Below, in pieces: positions 19,624 to 29,636 of a stretch of 64,000 bases of DNA. The notes under the pieces are model-generated. The model had not been told where the DNA came from and made no database searches. It worked only from the letters and a program-made list of their open reading frames with translations. This DNA comes from Nitrospirales bacterium. Its GTDB lineage: Bacteria > Nitrospirota > Nitrospiria > Nitrospirales > UBA8639. How positions within the stretch are numbered: position 1 is the first letter of the stretch; every line of letters begins with the position of its first letter. The translations under genes and the position numbers were made by a program. Location: positions 1,664,001 through 1,728,000 of the forward strand of contig CBDCWC010000003.1 in the NCBI GenBank assembly GCA_965223295.1, given 5' to 3'.

Positions 19624-20094
19624 TTATTGTACCGTAAATCGGCTGATACAAATAATGTCTTCAGGTGTATTGGAAGGAGCCACCACAACCATCCATTCAC
19701 CTTTATGTCTCTCAGGTTTTAGGGACTTTAAACTCCACATTCGATACCCTGCTGACGGACGAATAGAAAGGTTCACTTCCGAAACTTTTGTCCAAGTCCC
19801 GTCAACTTGGTGATGCCAGCTATGCCGCAAAGTTCCTCGTTTGGCGGCAGCTACTTTGGTCCAAAAAAATACTTTTGAAGTTCTCGAAGCCTCTACAACA
19901 GGAATGGCAGCTTGGCCGTTTTTATCTTTTTCGCAATACGCAGGTGGGGTGAAAATACCGTGAGGATTTCGATTGGTCACGCCTTTGGCAATAATGACCT
20001 TTTCAACACGAAAGTCAGATTTTGCATATACAGAAGTTGTGAGGAATATGATTCCCATACATACCAATGCGGTCCTGACAAAAACAATCGACAC
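19624..20094 (-). CDS. Secreted protein, DUF2914-like Ig fold
   Basis: Signal peptide; LRHSWHH, YRMWSLK, GEWMVVV. Confidence 0.7.
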   Translation of the reverse strand: MSIVFVRTALVCMGIIFLTTSVYAKSDFRVEKVIIAKGVTNRNPHGIFTPPAYCEKDKNGQAAIPVVEASRTSKVFFWTKVAAAKRGTLRHSWHHQVDGTWTKVSEVNLSIRPSAGYRMWSLKSLKPERHKGEWMVVVAPSNTPEDIICISRFTVQ

Positions 20095-20235
20095 GTTCTT
20101 CCTAGTTTTCCTACATGTTGTCTGAAACTTGTGCTAGGAAATTAGGCGATCTTCCTGTCCATGTCAATGGACGAACAAAGGACGGAATGTAGGGAAAAGA
20201 TGGGTGATTGATATTTTGAACTTCGTGATTTTAAG

Positions 20236-20265
20236 TTGACGATATCATGTGACGAAAGGTATAAA
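20236..20265 (+). promoter_or_regulatory. Putative sigma70 promoter of tRNA-Thr
   Basis: TTGACG, 18 nt spacer, TATAAA. Confidence 0.5.
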
Positions 20266-20299
20266 CGAGCGGATCCTTGTCGTTCCTGCTAAATGTTAT

Positions 20300-20374
<75 letters not shown>

Positions 20375-20379
20375 TTAAA

Positions 20380-21480
20380 TCAATGGTTTACGATTTTTGA
20401 AGACGCTGAAGAAACGGTAGGTGTCATTAGGGTGTTAAGTTTGGAGGCTGCGAGAAGTAGGTCGGCTTCATTCACGTTGTTATACCGTTGATGCATCTTT
20501 TCAGATTTATGTCCCACGATCTTCATGGCCGTTACGGTATCAACTCCAGCCCGTCGCAGATTCGTCGCCGCACAATGCCGTAGATCATGAAATCGAAAGT
20601 CTTTGATTCCTGCTCTTTTTATTGCGGTCCTCACGGATGATTTAATCTCACCCAGCGGTCTCCCTTGATATAAAAACACACGGTTCGTCACCAAGCTTTT
20701 GACCCTCGAGAGATCCTGAAGCATTGACCGGACTCCTGGAGTCATAGGCACAAGTCTCGATTTCCCTGACTTCGTATCACGAGCTCCAAGCCGAATAAAC
20801 CCACGTTCAAGGTCAACCCGATCCCAGGTTAAGTGAAGAATCTCACTTAGCCTCATACCCAGGTTATAGGCAACTAACAGAATAGACTGGATGTGCGGCG
20901 AAGCTGATCCCACCAAGCGTTCCCATTCTTCTTGCGTTAAGACACGATCTCGGGCATTTTGAGGATCAGGCATCCGCACTTTTTTGGCTACATTCCGCTG
21001 AACCAGCCCCTTCCGCTCCGCAATACTGAGCAAGTGTTTCAGTATAGTGTGATCATTATTGACAGTTTGAAGACTTGGGGTCTTCCCATTAAGAAGCATT
21101 CGTTGAGCTCGGAAGTGTTCCACATCTTCTGGAGTGAGTTCTTCTAACCCCTTTTTCCCGAAGAACGGAATTAACTGGTATTGAATGGCTGCCACTCGAT
21201 CTTTGTATGATCGCAATGCCTTCACTTCCTCTAACTGAAGGTAGGCTTCTGCCCATTGAGCAAACGTGACACATTGCGCCCGCTCACTCTTCATCGTCCC
21301 CTTCATCAATTCCGTCTTAATCAGGGCCTCCTGCTGCTTAGCCATGGTCTTGTTTGGCGTCCCAGTCTTCCACCGCTTGAGCTTCGCCCCCGGTGCCCCT
21401 CGCGCTAATGACAACACCTTCCCATCATCAAGAACGGGAAACTGCACATACCACCCCTCCTTCCGTTTGGTCAGTCCCAT
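20380..21480 (-). CDS. int: Tyrosine recombinase / integrase
   Basis: GMRLSEI, TKSG, FHDLRH, VGHKS, RYN: catalytic residues intact. Start MGLTKRK with AAGGAGG RBS (the ORF track extends to 21579). Confidence 0.93.
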   Translation of the reverse strand: MGLTKRKEGWYVQFPVLDDGKVLSLARGAPGAKLKRWKTGTPNKTMAKQQEALIKTELMKGTMKSERAQCVTFAQWAEAYLQLEEVKALRSYKDRVAAIQYQLIPFFGKKGLEELTPEDVEHFRAQRMLLNGKTPSLQTVNNDHTILKHLLSIAERKGLVQRNVAKKVRMPDPQNARDRVLTQEEWERLVGSASPHIQSILLVAYNLGMRLSEILHLTWDRVDLERGFIRLGARDTKSGKSRLVPMTPGVRSMLQDLSRVKSLVTNRVFLYQGRPLGEIKSSVRTAIKRAGIKDFRFHDLRHCAATNLRRAGVDTVTAMKIVGHKSEKMHQRYNNVNEADLLLAASKLNTLMTPTVSSASSKIVNH

Positions 21481-21715
21481 CAGAGATTCCTCCTTTGTGA
21501 AATCGTGAATGATTACTAAGCACGGATACGGAGACTTCAAAGGCGTTTGTGCGGGACTTGAAGAATCCAGGCGACCCATGGAGCAAGGATGCCAGCTGGC
21601 TTTTCCCTCTTCCCCATGATTTCTTCCCGTTGGGTCCCTCTATCACCACACATGACCCCCTTTGTGAGCCCGTCTCGTGCCTCATCTTTCTTTTCAAGCC
21701 TATGCGAGCCCCCTC

Positions 21716-21934
21716 TCACTTATCAAGCGGACGTGGGGGCATAGGCATGACCGAGTTTTCGGAAATCCACGCCTGAAGCTTCTCAGGATCAAACTTCAGC
21801 GCTCCTCCGACTTTGACATAAGGGACACGCCGGTGGCTCACCATTTTGTACAAGGTTTGGGACGTCACTCCCAACCATTCGGCAGCTTCAGTAACATTGA
21901 TTAACCGACTAAAGAATTGCTGTTGCCTATCCAT
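21716..21934 (-). CDS. Excisionase / AlpA-like HTH protein
   Basis: LINVTEAAEWLGVTSQTLYKMV...KVGGALKF; GAGGAGG RBS; upstream of int. Confidence 0.88.
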   Translation of the reverse strand: MDRQQQFFSRLINVTEAAEWLGVTSQTLYKMVSHRRVPYVKVGGALKFDPEKLQAWISENSVMPMPPRPLDK

Positions 21935-22047
21935 TACTTTGGTCCTCCTCTAAATGATGGCCTCTCCGACCCTATGAGCGAAAAGAAACAAAACCTACCA
22001 CAGGGTATGGAGCTGGCCCCTCTATTATTAATGTGTGTTATTGGTAT

Positions 22048-23295
22048 CTATTGTTTCTTTTCCTTGTTCTTCAGATCCTCCTGATGATTCAGAGAGGTCA
22101 ATGGCCGACTCAGGATATCCTGATACTTGGCCAGAGGGTAATACAGCCATTCCTGACCGACCTTGGCCGACTCCAGAATCTTTACGGAGACGAGTTCATT
22201 GAGCTGTTGGCGGCACCAAGGCTGACTCCAGCCGAAGTGAGCCTGCACCTTGTTAGCGGTGAGGCCCTCTGGATTAGCGAGTAGGAGCCGTAAGATCTCC
22301 CCCCAGGTCAGGTGAATCGACGAAAGTACTACACGCCGAAGCATCTCGAGCTCGTGGTCTGTTAGACGAGTACGTCCATGGACTCGAGCTAAGGCCCGAC
22401 CCAAGTTCCGTAATTGAAAGGTGCCACGCCACGGTTGTTCCGTTTGGACACCCACAATCTCACGACCGCCCTGTTCCGAACTTTTATAGTCAAGAACGCT
22501 CCGCCCTGCGGCCATCAGTTCGGCCAGGCGGCTGATCCTGTCCTGCACCGCCAGGGTTTCTGGCAGAAGGATGAGGGGGCTGGTCAGCACATCCTCAACA
22601 TGTTCCACCACCAATTGATCCAAGGCCGTCATCTGTTCACGACGGTCCGTTCCATTCCAGATAAGATCAAAGCCCAGCGCCTGTTCGTCTTCGGTCAGCG
22701 CTAATACGCCATAGAAGAGGAACCGCCCCCCAATACTCGACATATATTGTTGATGCTTTTTCAAGGCTTGGGGCGTAATGCACGCGAGGATGGTAAACTG
22801 ACTGTTGCTACTCAACACGCCCACCGTCCCTGTGGCTTTGGCATAGGAGCCATCATAGATTGACTGCAGGTCGCCCAAGATCTTTTGCACGTTCTCCGAC
22901 CTCAAGGAAAAGAGCGTGGTGAGATCTTTGATGATCAAACACCCGCCATTTAATTGAGGTAACAGATCTTGCGCCTTCTTTTTTGTCTTATCGTCCACAT
23001 ACCCACTCAGAAAGCTATTCGGTGTGAGCGTGTCAATAAATGTGGTATGGCTACAGTCCTTGAAAGATAAAATCCGCTGCGTTTTATCCGAGCCCGGGAC
23101 TCCCACATTGATGAGCCAGACGAGGGGAGACCCATCCGACTGACTAATGCCTAAACTGGTGGCCGTAGCCATGGCTAGTTCAAGAATGTCATGGCTAAAC
23201 GGGGAACTGGTTAAGGCACTGAGATTCTGGTGAATGCGCTGTAATCGAAACCTGAGAGAATTGTCTTTGCAATCCTTACCTTCCCAATACTGCAT
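22048..23295 (-). CDS. AAA+/MCM-like ATPase (putative replication helicase) with C-terminal winged helix
   Basis: VWLINVGVPGSDKT (deviant Walker A), LIIKDL (Walker B-like), LQSIYDG, GGRF; start at MQYWEG with GGAGG RBS. Confidence 0.65.
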   Translation of the reverse strand: MQYWEGKDCKDNSLRFRLQRIHQNLSALTSSPFSHDILELAMATATSLGISQSDGSPLVWLINVGVPGSDKTQRILSFKDCSHTTFIDTLTPNSFLSGYVDDKTKKKAQDLLPQLNGGCLIIKDLTTLFSLRSENVQKILGDLQSIYDGSYAKATGTVGVLSSNSQFTILACITPQALKKHQQYMSSIGGRFLFYGVLALTEDEQALGFDLIWNGTDRREQMTALDQLVVEHVEDVLTSPLILLPETLAVQDRISRLAELMAAGRSVLDYKSSEQGGREIVGVQTEQPWRGTFQLRNLGRALARVHGRTRLTDHELEMLRRVVLSSIHLTWGEILRLLLANPEGLTANKVQAHFGWSQPWCRQQLNELVSVKILESAKVGQEWLYYPLAKYQDILSRPLTSLNHQEDLKNKEKKQ

Positions 23296-23476
23296 AATTC
23301 GACCTCCAATAAATGTAAACGTTTTAAGATAATAAACGACGAATTTCCGTCTCATTCAGAAAGATAACCACGGTAAAATCGCCTCACTAAAATGAAGGTA
23401 CGGGGAAATGTACTTTAATTTGTCAGGAAGGGAATTAAGTGTCTCTTCGAAGAGTTACGGCCTGAAAGGAAGGGGG

Positions 23477-24169
23477 TTACTCTTGATGTAGGTCATTGAG
23501 GAGAATTTGAATAAGACGTGGATCGGTAGGCAATTCTACCGAAACAATCTTAAGAGCATTGTAGGCCTGATAGGCTACGCGGATGAAATCAATCTCGAGT
23601 GAGGTCGAATCGAACTCCTGGTCAGACTGATTATATTGCATGAAAATTTTATCCATTCGTTTTGTAATTTCTAAACGCGCAAACTTGGTTTTCCCTCTTT
23701 GGCTACTTTGGGACTGAAATTTGGATTCTGCTTGCGCCGCAAGTTGAATGAACGTTTGGAGATTCCGTTCAAATTCATGCTCAAGGAGAGGGAGATAGAA
23801 AGCTCTCTTTTTTATGGCAAGCTCTTTGATTTCTTCTGGGGTATTCCCTCCAAAAGATACAGCAATCTCTGTTTTCAACTTTTGTGAGCACTCTTGAAGT
23901 AATTGTAGAGTTGTTTTGGCTGAAGCTAAGAGCGGCCTGATTTCGGCCAAAAAATTGGCAGGTCGTGGGGCATTATCAAAACAATCAACATAATAGGGGA
24001 AAAACTGTAAGGCCTTCTCGACCTTCTTAATCATTTGCTCCCCCCGTTCGAGGCACGCTTGATCATCTAAGTCGAGAATATCTAAAAGCTCTGTACGAAC
24101 TTCTAGAGGTAAGGAAACAGGAATGCCGTCATGTAGAAAAGTCTCTGCTTTCGGCTTAGCTCGTGGCAT
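23477..24169 (-). CDS. Hypothetical helical protein
   Basis: 230 aa, AAAGGGG RBS, co-oriented with the int/xis/ATPase module. Confidence 0.7.
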   Translation of the reverse strand: MPRAKPKAETFLHDGIPVSLPLEVRTELLDILDLDDQACLERGEQMIKKVEKALQFFPYYVDCFDNAPRPANFLAEIRPLLASAKTTLQLLQECSQKLKTEIAVSFGGNTPEEIKELAIKKRAFYLPLLEHEFERNLQTFIQLAAQAESKFQSQSSQRGKTKFARLEITKRMDKIFMQYNQSDQEFDSTSLEIDFIRVAYQAYNALKIVSVELPTDPRLIQILLNDLHQE

Positions 24170-24799
24170 GAACTAGCCCCTTTCAAAAAGAGAAGGTTTA
24201 TTCTCGAAGAGAAATATCCCTTAGTAGTTTTATCGGTTCATTGTTGATCAACAATGAGGAAAAACAGATAAGAATGTACAGAACATTTGGCTATGTTCGT
24301 CATTCAAAACCATTGAACAAGGCCCCCTCCCTCTCACTTCCAATGTCCCCTGGTGCGTCCCAGAGACCCGATGGAAAGGAGAAGCCAGAGACGAAGAGTA
24401 ACACTATAGGGATAACTCTATAGAGAGATAGGTGAAGGGGGGCACACCCGGGAAGCACGAGGTCGAGGTGACGCAAGTGAATGACACAGGATGGGATGGA
24501 GATTGGGCCTGCTTCGGCCCTCTTCAATCAGGAGGACAGATGCGGTCAGAATGACCAGAGCATGGTTACAGGATGAGTGGTCGTTGGAAGGAGAGGAGGG
24601 AGAAGCCAGGCAGGGAGGCCCGAAGTCAGAAGACAAAGCCTCCCTATGGAGAAAGGATTTTGAATGAGAAATTTGAGGTGCCCAATATTTAGGATAATAG
24701 AATAGGCTGTGAAGGGATCAGGCTCCAAATGCTGGGGACCATCAGGATGAATACACCATCTAAGAATTTGATACAGAGAACCTAATTGCTTGAGTTGAT

Positions 24800-25506
24800 T
24801 TATGCAGAGCACGCACTAAGATTGCCTTTGTAACGATAAGCCCTTCGGAACCCTAGTTCTTCCGCCTGTTTTACTCGTTCCTGATAACATTCCCCAGGAA
24901 CATCCCCAATGACAACGGCATCGTATCTTTGATCCATAGGTAGATGGAAAATTTTCTCACCGGTCGAGGAGTTAATATTACATTTAATCATTGGATAGGG
25001 CTCAACATCAAAATGCTCTTTAACCTGAACCTTAAGATATTTGGCAAAAAGCTTTGCCTCTTCTGATAACTCGTAGGAGGTTACAAGAACTGGAATAAAC
25101 TGTTTTTTGCAATTTGCCTTTTTTGATTGAATCTGTTTCATCCTGTAGTACTCAGCAGCTCCATGCAATTGAGCAATCACATTTTCGCGTACAGGAAGTC
25201 CTTTGCTCTTGGAAAGACGTTTGCACTGAATGATGAGTACTTCTGAATCCCTGGTGCAAATGAGATCAATGCCTAAATCTTGCTTCCCTTTTTTTGCACC
25301 ATGATAATCAACTTTGTAGCCACGTATTTCATACGTATAACCAACGTATCGCTCATAGTCGATCCCAATTTCCCTTGGGCTTTTCTTTCTATCCCTATAT
25401 CTGTCCAACGCTAATTGTTTCTGTTCTGTTGGCGAGAGCTTTTTCCATTCAATCTTATTAACATAACGCTTAATTGGATCGTCTGGCTCTTCATCTATTC
25501 CATCAC
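24800..25506 (-). pseudogene. Mrr-like PD-(D/E)xK restriction endonuclease with C-terminal Ada-like domain, 5' end removed by an IS3 insertion
   Basis: YERYV, GIDLIC...IIQCK; C-terminus KCNI..GEKIFHLP..Y..GE..AEELGFRRA; the frame stays open upstream of 25408 up to the IS end at 25507. Confidence 0.7.
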
Positions 25507-25782
25507 TGTAAGCTTCCCCAAAATGTAGACAGATTAAAAGTAGAGCTTTCTGGCAGAATAGCCCAGGAGGTTCTCATGAAAACGAGTCGATTCAGCGAAA
25601 CCCAAATCGTCGCCATTTTGAAACAAGGTGACGCCGGCATCAAGGTCAAAGACCTGTGTCGAGAGCATGGCATCAGCGATGCCACCTATTACAATTGGAA
25701 AGCGAAGTACGGGGGGCTCGAGGCATCGGATCTCAAACGTCTGAAGGAAACAGAAGGCGAGCTATCCAAGCTCAAGCGAACA
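25507..25782 (+). mobile_element. IS3-family (IS407-like) remnant: left end and truncated orfA (ATG 25577)
   Basis: Left end TGTAAGCTTCCCC; MKTSRFSETQIVAILKQGDAG..LCREHGISDATYYNWKAKYGG; no orfB or right end. Confidence 0.85.
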
Positions 25783-25809
25783 TGCATTGTTCACCCAGAA
25801 ATATCCGAG

Positions 25810-26691
25810 TTAAGAAAATCCCATGTTCTTTTGTAGACAGTCAGCTTCGGAGCGAATATCATCTAATTTGGATATCAATGAGACAGCATCAAGCCAACCC
25901 TTTTCTTGGCTAGATACCAACACCTGCTTTTCAAGCACTCCCTGAACGTCAATGTCAGTGTCAAGTCTCTCAAGAACCATAACACTTAATTTGTCTGCTA
26001 ATTTAATGCAAGCGACTGTGGCTTCATCAGTTGCAGGCCTTGTGATTTCATCGTTTGAGGGATTGTGATGATCGCGAACAACAGTGGCAATTTCTTCTGG
26101 CAAACCCCATTTCTTGCAGGCGTATGAGCCTAAGGCGGCATGAGTGTACTTGAACACTTCCACATCAGCCTCGATTAACTCATCTGGAGTATGCCAGTTC
26201 GATTCGTCAACATCCTTGAGATGTTGTGGTGCGTGCTCAAACATGACAAAGCGTCCTATGTCATGTAAAAGCCCACATAAATAGGCCTTCTCTGGATTAA
26301 CTTCTAACTGGAGGATCATGTTGGCCAGACACTTAGATGTGACCGCTACAGATATTGAGTGAGTCCATAATTTGATTTGATCTTTGCCTGATGGCACAAA
26401 AACTTTTTGCACTGCAAGCGAAGCTACTAAGTTTCGAACAGTGTCAGTTCCTAATCGAACTACTGCCTCGTTGATCTTTACTATTGGATGAGTAGGAAGG
26501 AAGGCAGGAGAATTGGCTAATGCTATAACTCGAACCGCAAACGGTGGATCTTCCTCGACAAGCTGCACAAAATTTTCGTAATACTGATCTGAGTCGGGAT
26601 TGAGTTGCATAATTTTAACCAATACCATAGGAAGTAATGGAAGTTCGTCTACTTTTATCTTCATCTGCTCAAGGTGAGCGTTTACATCCAT
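25810..26691 (-). CDS. HDOD-domain signalling protein
   Basis: LPLLP, DPPFAVRVIALANSP, AVVRLG, LWTHS, GLLHDIG, THAALG..W.LP. Confidence 0.9.
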   Translation of the reverse strand: MDVNAHLEQMKIKVDELPLLPMVLVKIMQLNPDSDQYYENFVQLVEEDPPFAVRVIALANSPAFLPTHPIVKINEAVVRLGTDTVRNLVASLAVQKVFVPSGKDQIKLWTHSISVAVTSKCLANMILQLEVNPEKAYLCGLLHDIGRFVMFEHAPQHLKDVDESNWHTPDELIEADVEVFKYTHAALGSYACKKWGLPEEIATVVRDHHNPSNDEITRPATDEATVACIKLADKLSVMVLERLDTDIDVQGVLEKQVLVSSQEKGWLDAVSLISKLDDIRSEADCLQKNMGFS

Positions 26692-27070
26692 ACAGAACCT
26701 CACAACTTTGTGGGTTTTTTCTAAAGTTATCGGTTATTCCTGGCTACACTGACTTAAGGAATCTTCAGCTTTTACCATGACCGCTTTTTAGTCGATACCA
26801 AACCTGCAGCTGACTCAAAAAGATATCTTGCTCATCTTGAATTGAGAGTTTCGCTTTCCTATAAACCACACGTATGAAATAACCTAAAAGCAATGAATAA
26901 TATCATTCATAGGCCACCCTAACGTAGATTTTTCCCCAAGCCAGAACCGACAATTTAAGAAAACATCTTGCGAAAAGGCTAAACCAATCCATTCAGAAAC
27001 ATCGAGAGACGTATTCATTCACCTTACAAGGTTTATTGAATAAAGGAAAGAAAAGATTTACATGGAAAGA

Positions 27071-27253
27071 CTAGGCATTCGCCTCTGGCAGCTTCGGTGC
27101 ACTCTGCTTTCCCCATTCCAACAACTGAATGGTTCGACCCAAAAGTTCCTTGGCATGGTCGGCAGAAAGACCATGCTGAACAATGACGCCCATGAGCTGT
27201 TCAATAACGGCATTCTCTTGAGCGGTGAATGGTTGGGAAGATGGGCAAGACAT
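27071..27253 (-). CDS. Small conserved protein (60 aa), paralog of 36744-36926
   Basis: MSCPSSQPFTAQENAVIEQLMGVIVQHGLSADHAKELL; GAGGGGG RBS; same-length paralog in element 2. Confidence 0.6.
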   Translation of the reverse strand: MSCPSSQPFTAQENAVIEQLMGVIVQHGLSADHAKELLGRTIQLLEWGKQSAPKLPEANA

Positions 27254-27528
27254 GGGTTCCCCCTCTTCTCTGATGCTGGAAACTCCCCATTCGGGGTATA
27301 GGCGTGAATCTAAGAATTTGCGAGAATGTGTTGGTATAGTTGCTTTCTTAATCATCCCGGCCTCTGGGGGAATCTTCCTTCAGGGGCCGTGGTGCTTCTA
27401 AAGCAGACCCCATGATTTCTCCGTTTCATCTGTGCTGTCTCTAAATTTGAGGGTTCATCATCTGATCTTCCCATGGAATATCGGACACCGAGTTAAGAAT
27501 TATATAATAATTCGAAACGAGGTATTGA

Positions 27529-27825
27529 ATGAAGCGATTACGTAGGTATCACAGTCCAGAATTTAAGTACGAAGCGGTGGCGTTAGTTGTAGAGCATGGG
27601 TACAGTTATGCGGCCGCCGGCCGTAGTTTAGACGTAAGTGGGGGTATGATTAGGCGGTGGAAGGATGAACTGGATACTCATAAAGCGGAAGCCTTTCCTG
27701 GCCAAGGGAAACGCACCGCTGAGCAACAGCGGATCTATGAGCTCGAAGTTGAGAACCGGCGCCTTCGGATGGAGCGAGACATCTTAAAAAAAGCCACGGC
27801 CTTCTTTGCCAAGGAACCCACATGA
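27529..27825 (+). CDS. IS3 transposase OrfA
   Basis: RRYHSPEFKYEAV HTH, ENRRLRMERDILKKA. Confidence 0.9.
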   Translation: MKRLRRYHSPEFKYEAVALVVEHGYSYAAAGRSLDVSGGMIRRWKDELDTHKAEAFPGQGKRTAEQQRIYELEVENRRLRMERDILKKATAFFAKEPT

Positions 27826-28676
27826 GGTATCGATTCATCGAGAAACAGAAGAAGGCCTGGCCTGTCACCCTCATGTGTGGGGTTCTGAACGTCTCTCGCA
27901 GTGGCTATTATGACTGGGCCGCACGTGGCCAGAGTCCGCCGGAGCACTCGAATCATCAACTTGATCGACGGATACGCGAAATCTTTACTGAGCACCGCCA
28001 ACGGTATGGCGCGCCACGGATCACGAAGACTTTACACCATGAGGGCCGCAAGTGTAGCGAGCATCGCGTGGCCCGACGAATGCAGGCTCTGGGACTCAAA
28101 GCGATTCAGGCGAAGAAATTTAAAGCCACAACCAACTCGAAACACTCCAACCCAGTCGCCCCCGATCTGCTGGAACAGGACTTTCGGGCTGAGGCCCCAA
28201 ATCAGAAGTGGACCAGTGACATCACCTATGTGTGGACGCACGAGGGTTGGCTCTATCTCGCGGTCGTGATGGATTTGTATTCACGAGCGATTGTAGGGTG
28301 GTCGATGAACCAACGCATGACGCAACAACTGGTATGTGATGCCCTAAGCATGGCGTTGTTCCGTCGTGGCTTTCCCAAAGGCACCATCCTCCACTCTGAT
28401 CGTGGAAGCCAGTATTGCTCAACACGCTATCAACAATTGATTGCAAACAGTCAGTTGCGTTGTAGCATGGGACGACGAGCGACTTGTTATGATAACGCCG
28501 TCACAGAGAGTTTCTTCCATACACTGAAAGTCGAACTGATTCATCGAGTGCCGTACCCGACGCGACAGACGGCGAAGATCAGTATTTTTGAGTATATTGA
28601 AACGTATTACAATCGCCGGAGAAGGCATTCGGCTATTGGACAGCAGATCCCGATTGTATTTGAACGGGTAGCTTAA
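27822..28676 (+). CDS. IS3 transposase OrfB (DDE)
   Basis: WTSDITY, HSDRGSQY, DNAVTESFFHTLKVE. Confidence 0.92.
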   Translation: MRYRFIEKQKKAWPVTLMCGVLNVSRSGYYDWAARGQSPPEHSNHQLDRRIREIFTEHRQRYGAPRITKTLHHEGRKCSEHRVARRMQALGLKAIQAKKFKATTNSKHSNPVAPDLLEQDFRAEAPNQKWTSDITYVWTHEGWLYLAVVMDLYSRAIVGWSMNQRMTQQLVCDALSMALFRRGFPKGTILHSDRGSQYCSTRYQQLIANSQLRCSMGRRATCYDNAVTESFFHTLKVELIHRVPYPTRQTAKISIFEYIETYYNRRRRHSAIGQQIPIVFERVA

Positions 28677-28750
28677 CGCTGTGTCCGATGTTATAGGGGA
28701 AGATCATCTCACAGCCTGGGCCGAATTCGGACACTGGAGAAGAGTCACGT

Positions 28751-29432
28751 TCAGACTACGGCCCGCATACATTCCTCACTATCATTCTTCGGATTATTCA
28801 CGATCGTACTTACAGGATAGGCTTCCATGTCCTCCGCTGTATAAGGCTGGAGTAAGCCTCTCAGGGAGCCCCCCTCATTCAGTCTTGGATCTAACCAACG
28901 AACATAAGCCGATTCTGGAAGAATCACAGGCATGCGATGGTGAATCGGTTCCATCAGACTATTGGCGTGGATGGTAATCAGGCTACATGATTCAATGATT
29001 TGCTCTTCTTTCTCCCATCGTTCTATGTTATTGGGACCACAGTCCCGCGAACGCAAATGGTCGATGGTCTTTCAGGTGAATGTAATATGGCTGCTTCATC
29101 TTGCCTTCTCGCTTCCATTCATAATATCCATCTGCAAGGACCAGACAGCGTTGCTGTTTGAACGCCTGACGGAACGAAGGTTTCTCGGCAACCGTCTCCC
29201 CTCGAGCATTGATGAGCTTGTGTCCAATACTCGGGTCTTTGGCCCAAGACGGCACCAGCCCCCATTTTAGGTCACAGCATTCGAGTTGTTGGGTGTCGGG
29301 ATTGGTCCGAATACATGCCACAAGCTGGGAAGGGGCAATGTTATATCGAGGAGTCCAATGCGACGGGGTGGTCAGCGTCAAGTCATGAGCAATCTGTGCA
29401 AATTTATCGGTTCTCTTATACCGGCCACACAT
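28751..29432 (-). pseudogene. SRAP/YedK abasic-site protection protein, frameshifted by a 13-bp insertion
   Basis: MCGRY, YNIAPSQ, WGLVP, INARGET, GYYEW, HHRMPVIL; removing 29024-29036 restores FAGLW-ERWEK. Confidence 0.88.
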
Positions 29433-29636
29433 TCTGGTACCCTACACAATCCGCATGGAGAAAGGTAGATGGGTACCTCAATTACCCCTGCAGTTGGCCT
29501 CTTCCGATTGATCCTTGAGGGCCCAGACCTTGTCTAGTTGCGTCGGCAATTGTGGCGAGTGAGGCCAGGAGGGCCGAACGAGCCCTATACCCCCCTTCTT
29601 TCCCAGGACAGATTCAGGCCGTTTGCGTCAGAAACC

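Larger units (their letters stand above)
27463..28706 (+). mobile_element. Complete IS3-family element
   Basis: IRL TGATCTTCCCATGGAATATCGGACAC / IRR GTGTCCGATGTTATAGGGGAAGATCA; A7G slippery site at 27786-27793; no clear target duplication. Confidence 0.93.
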
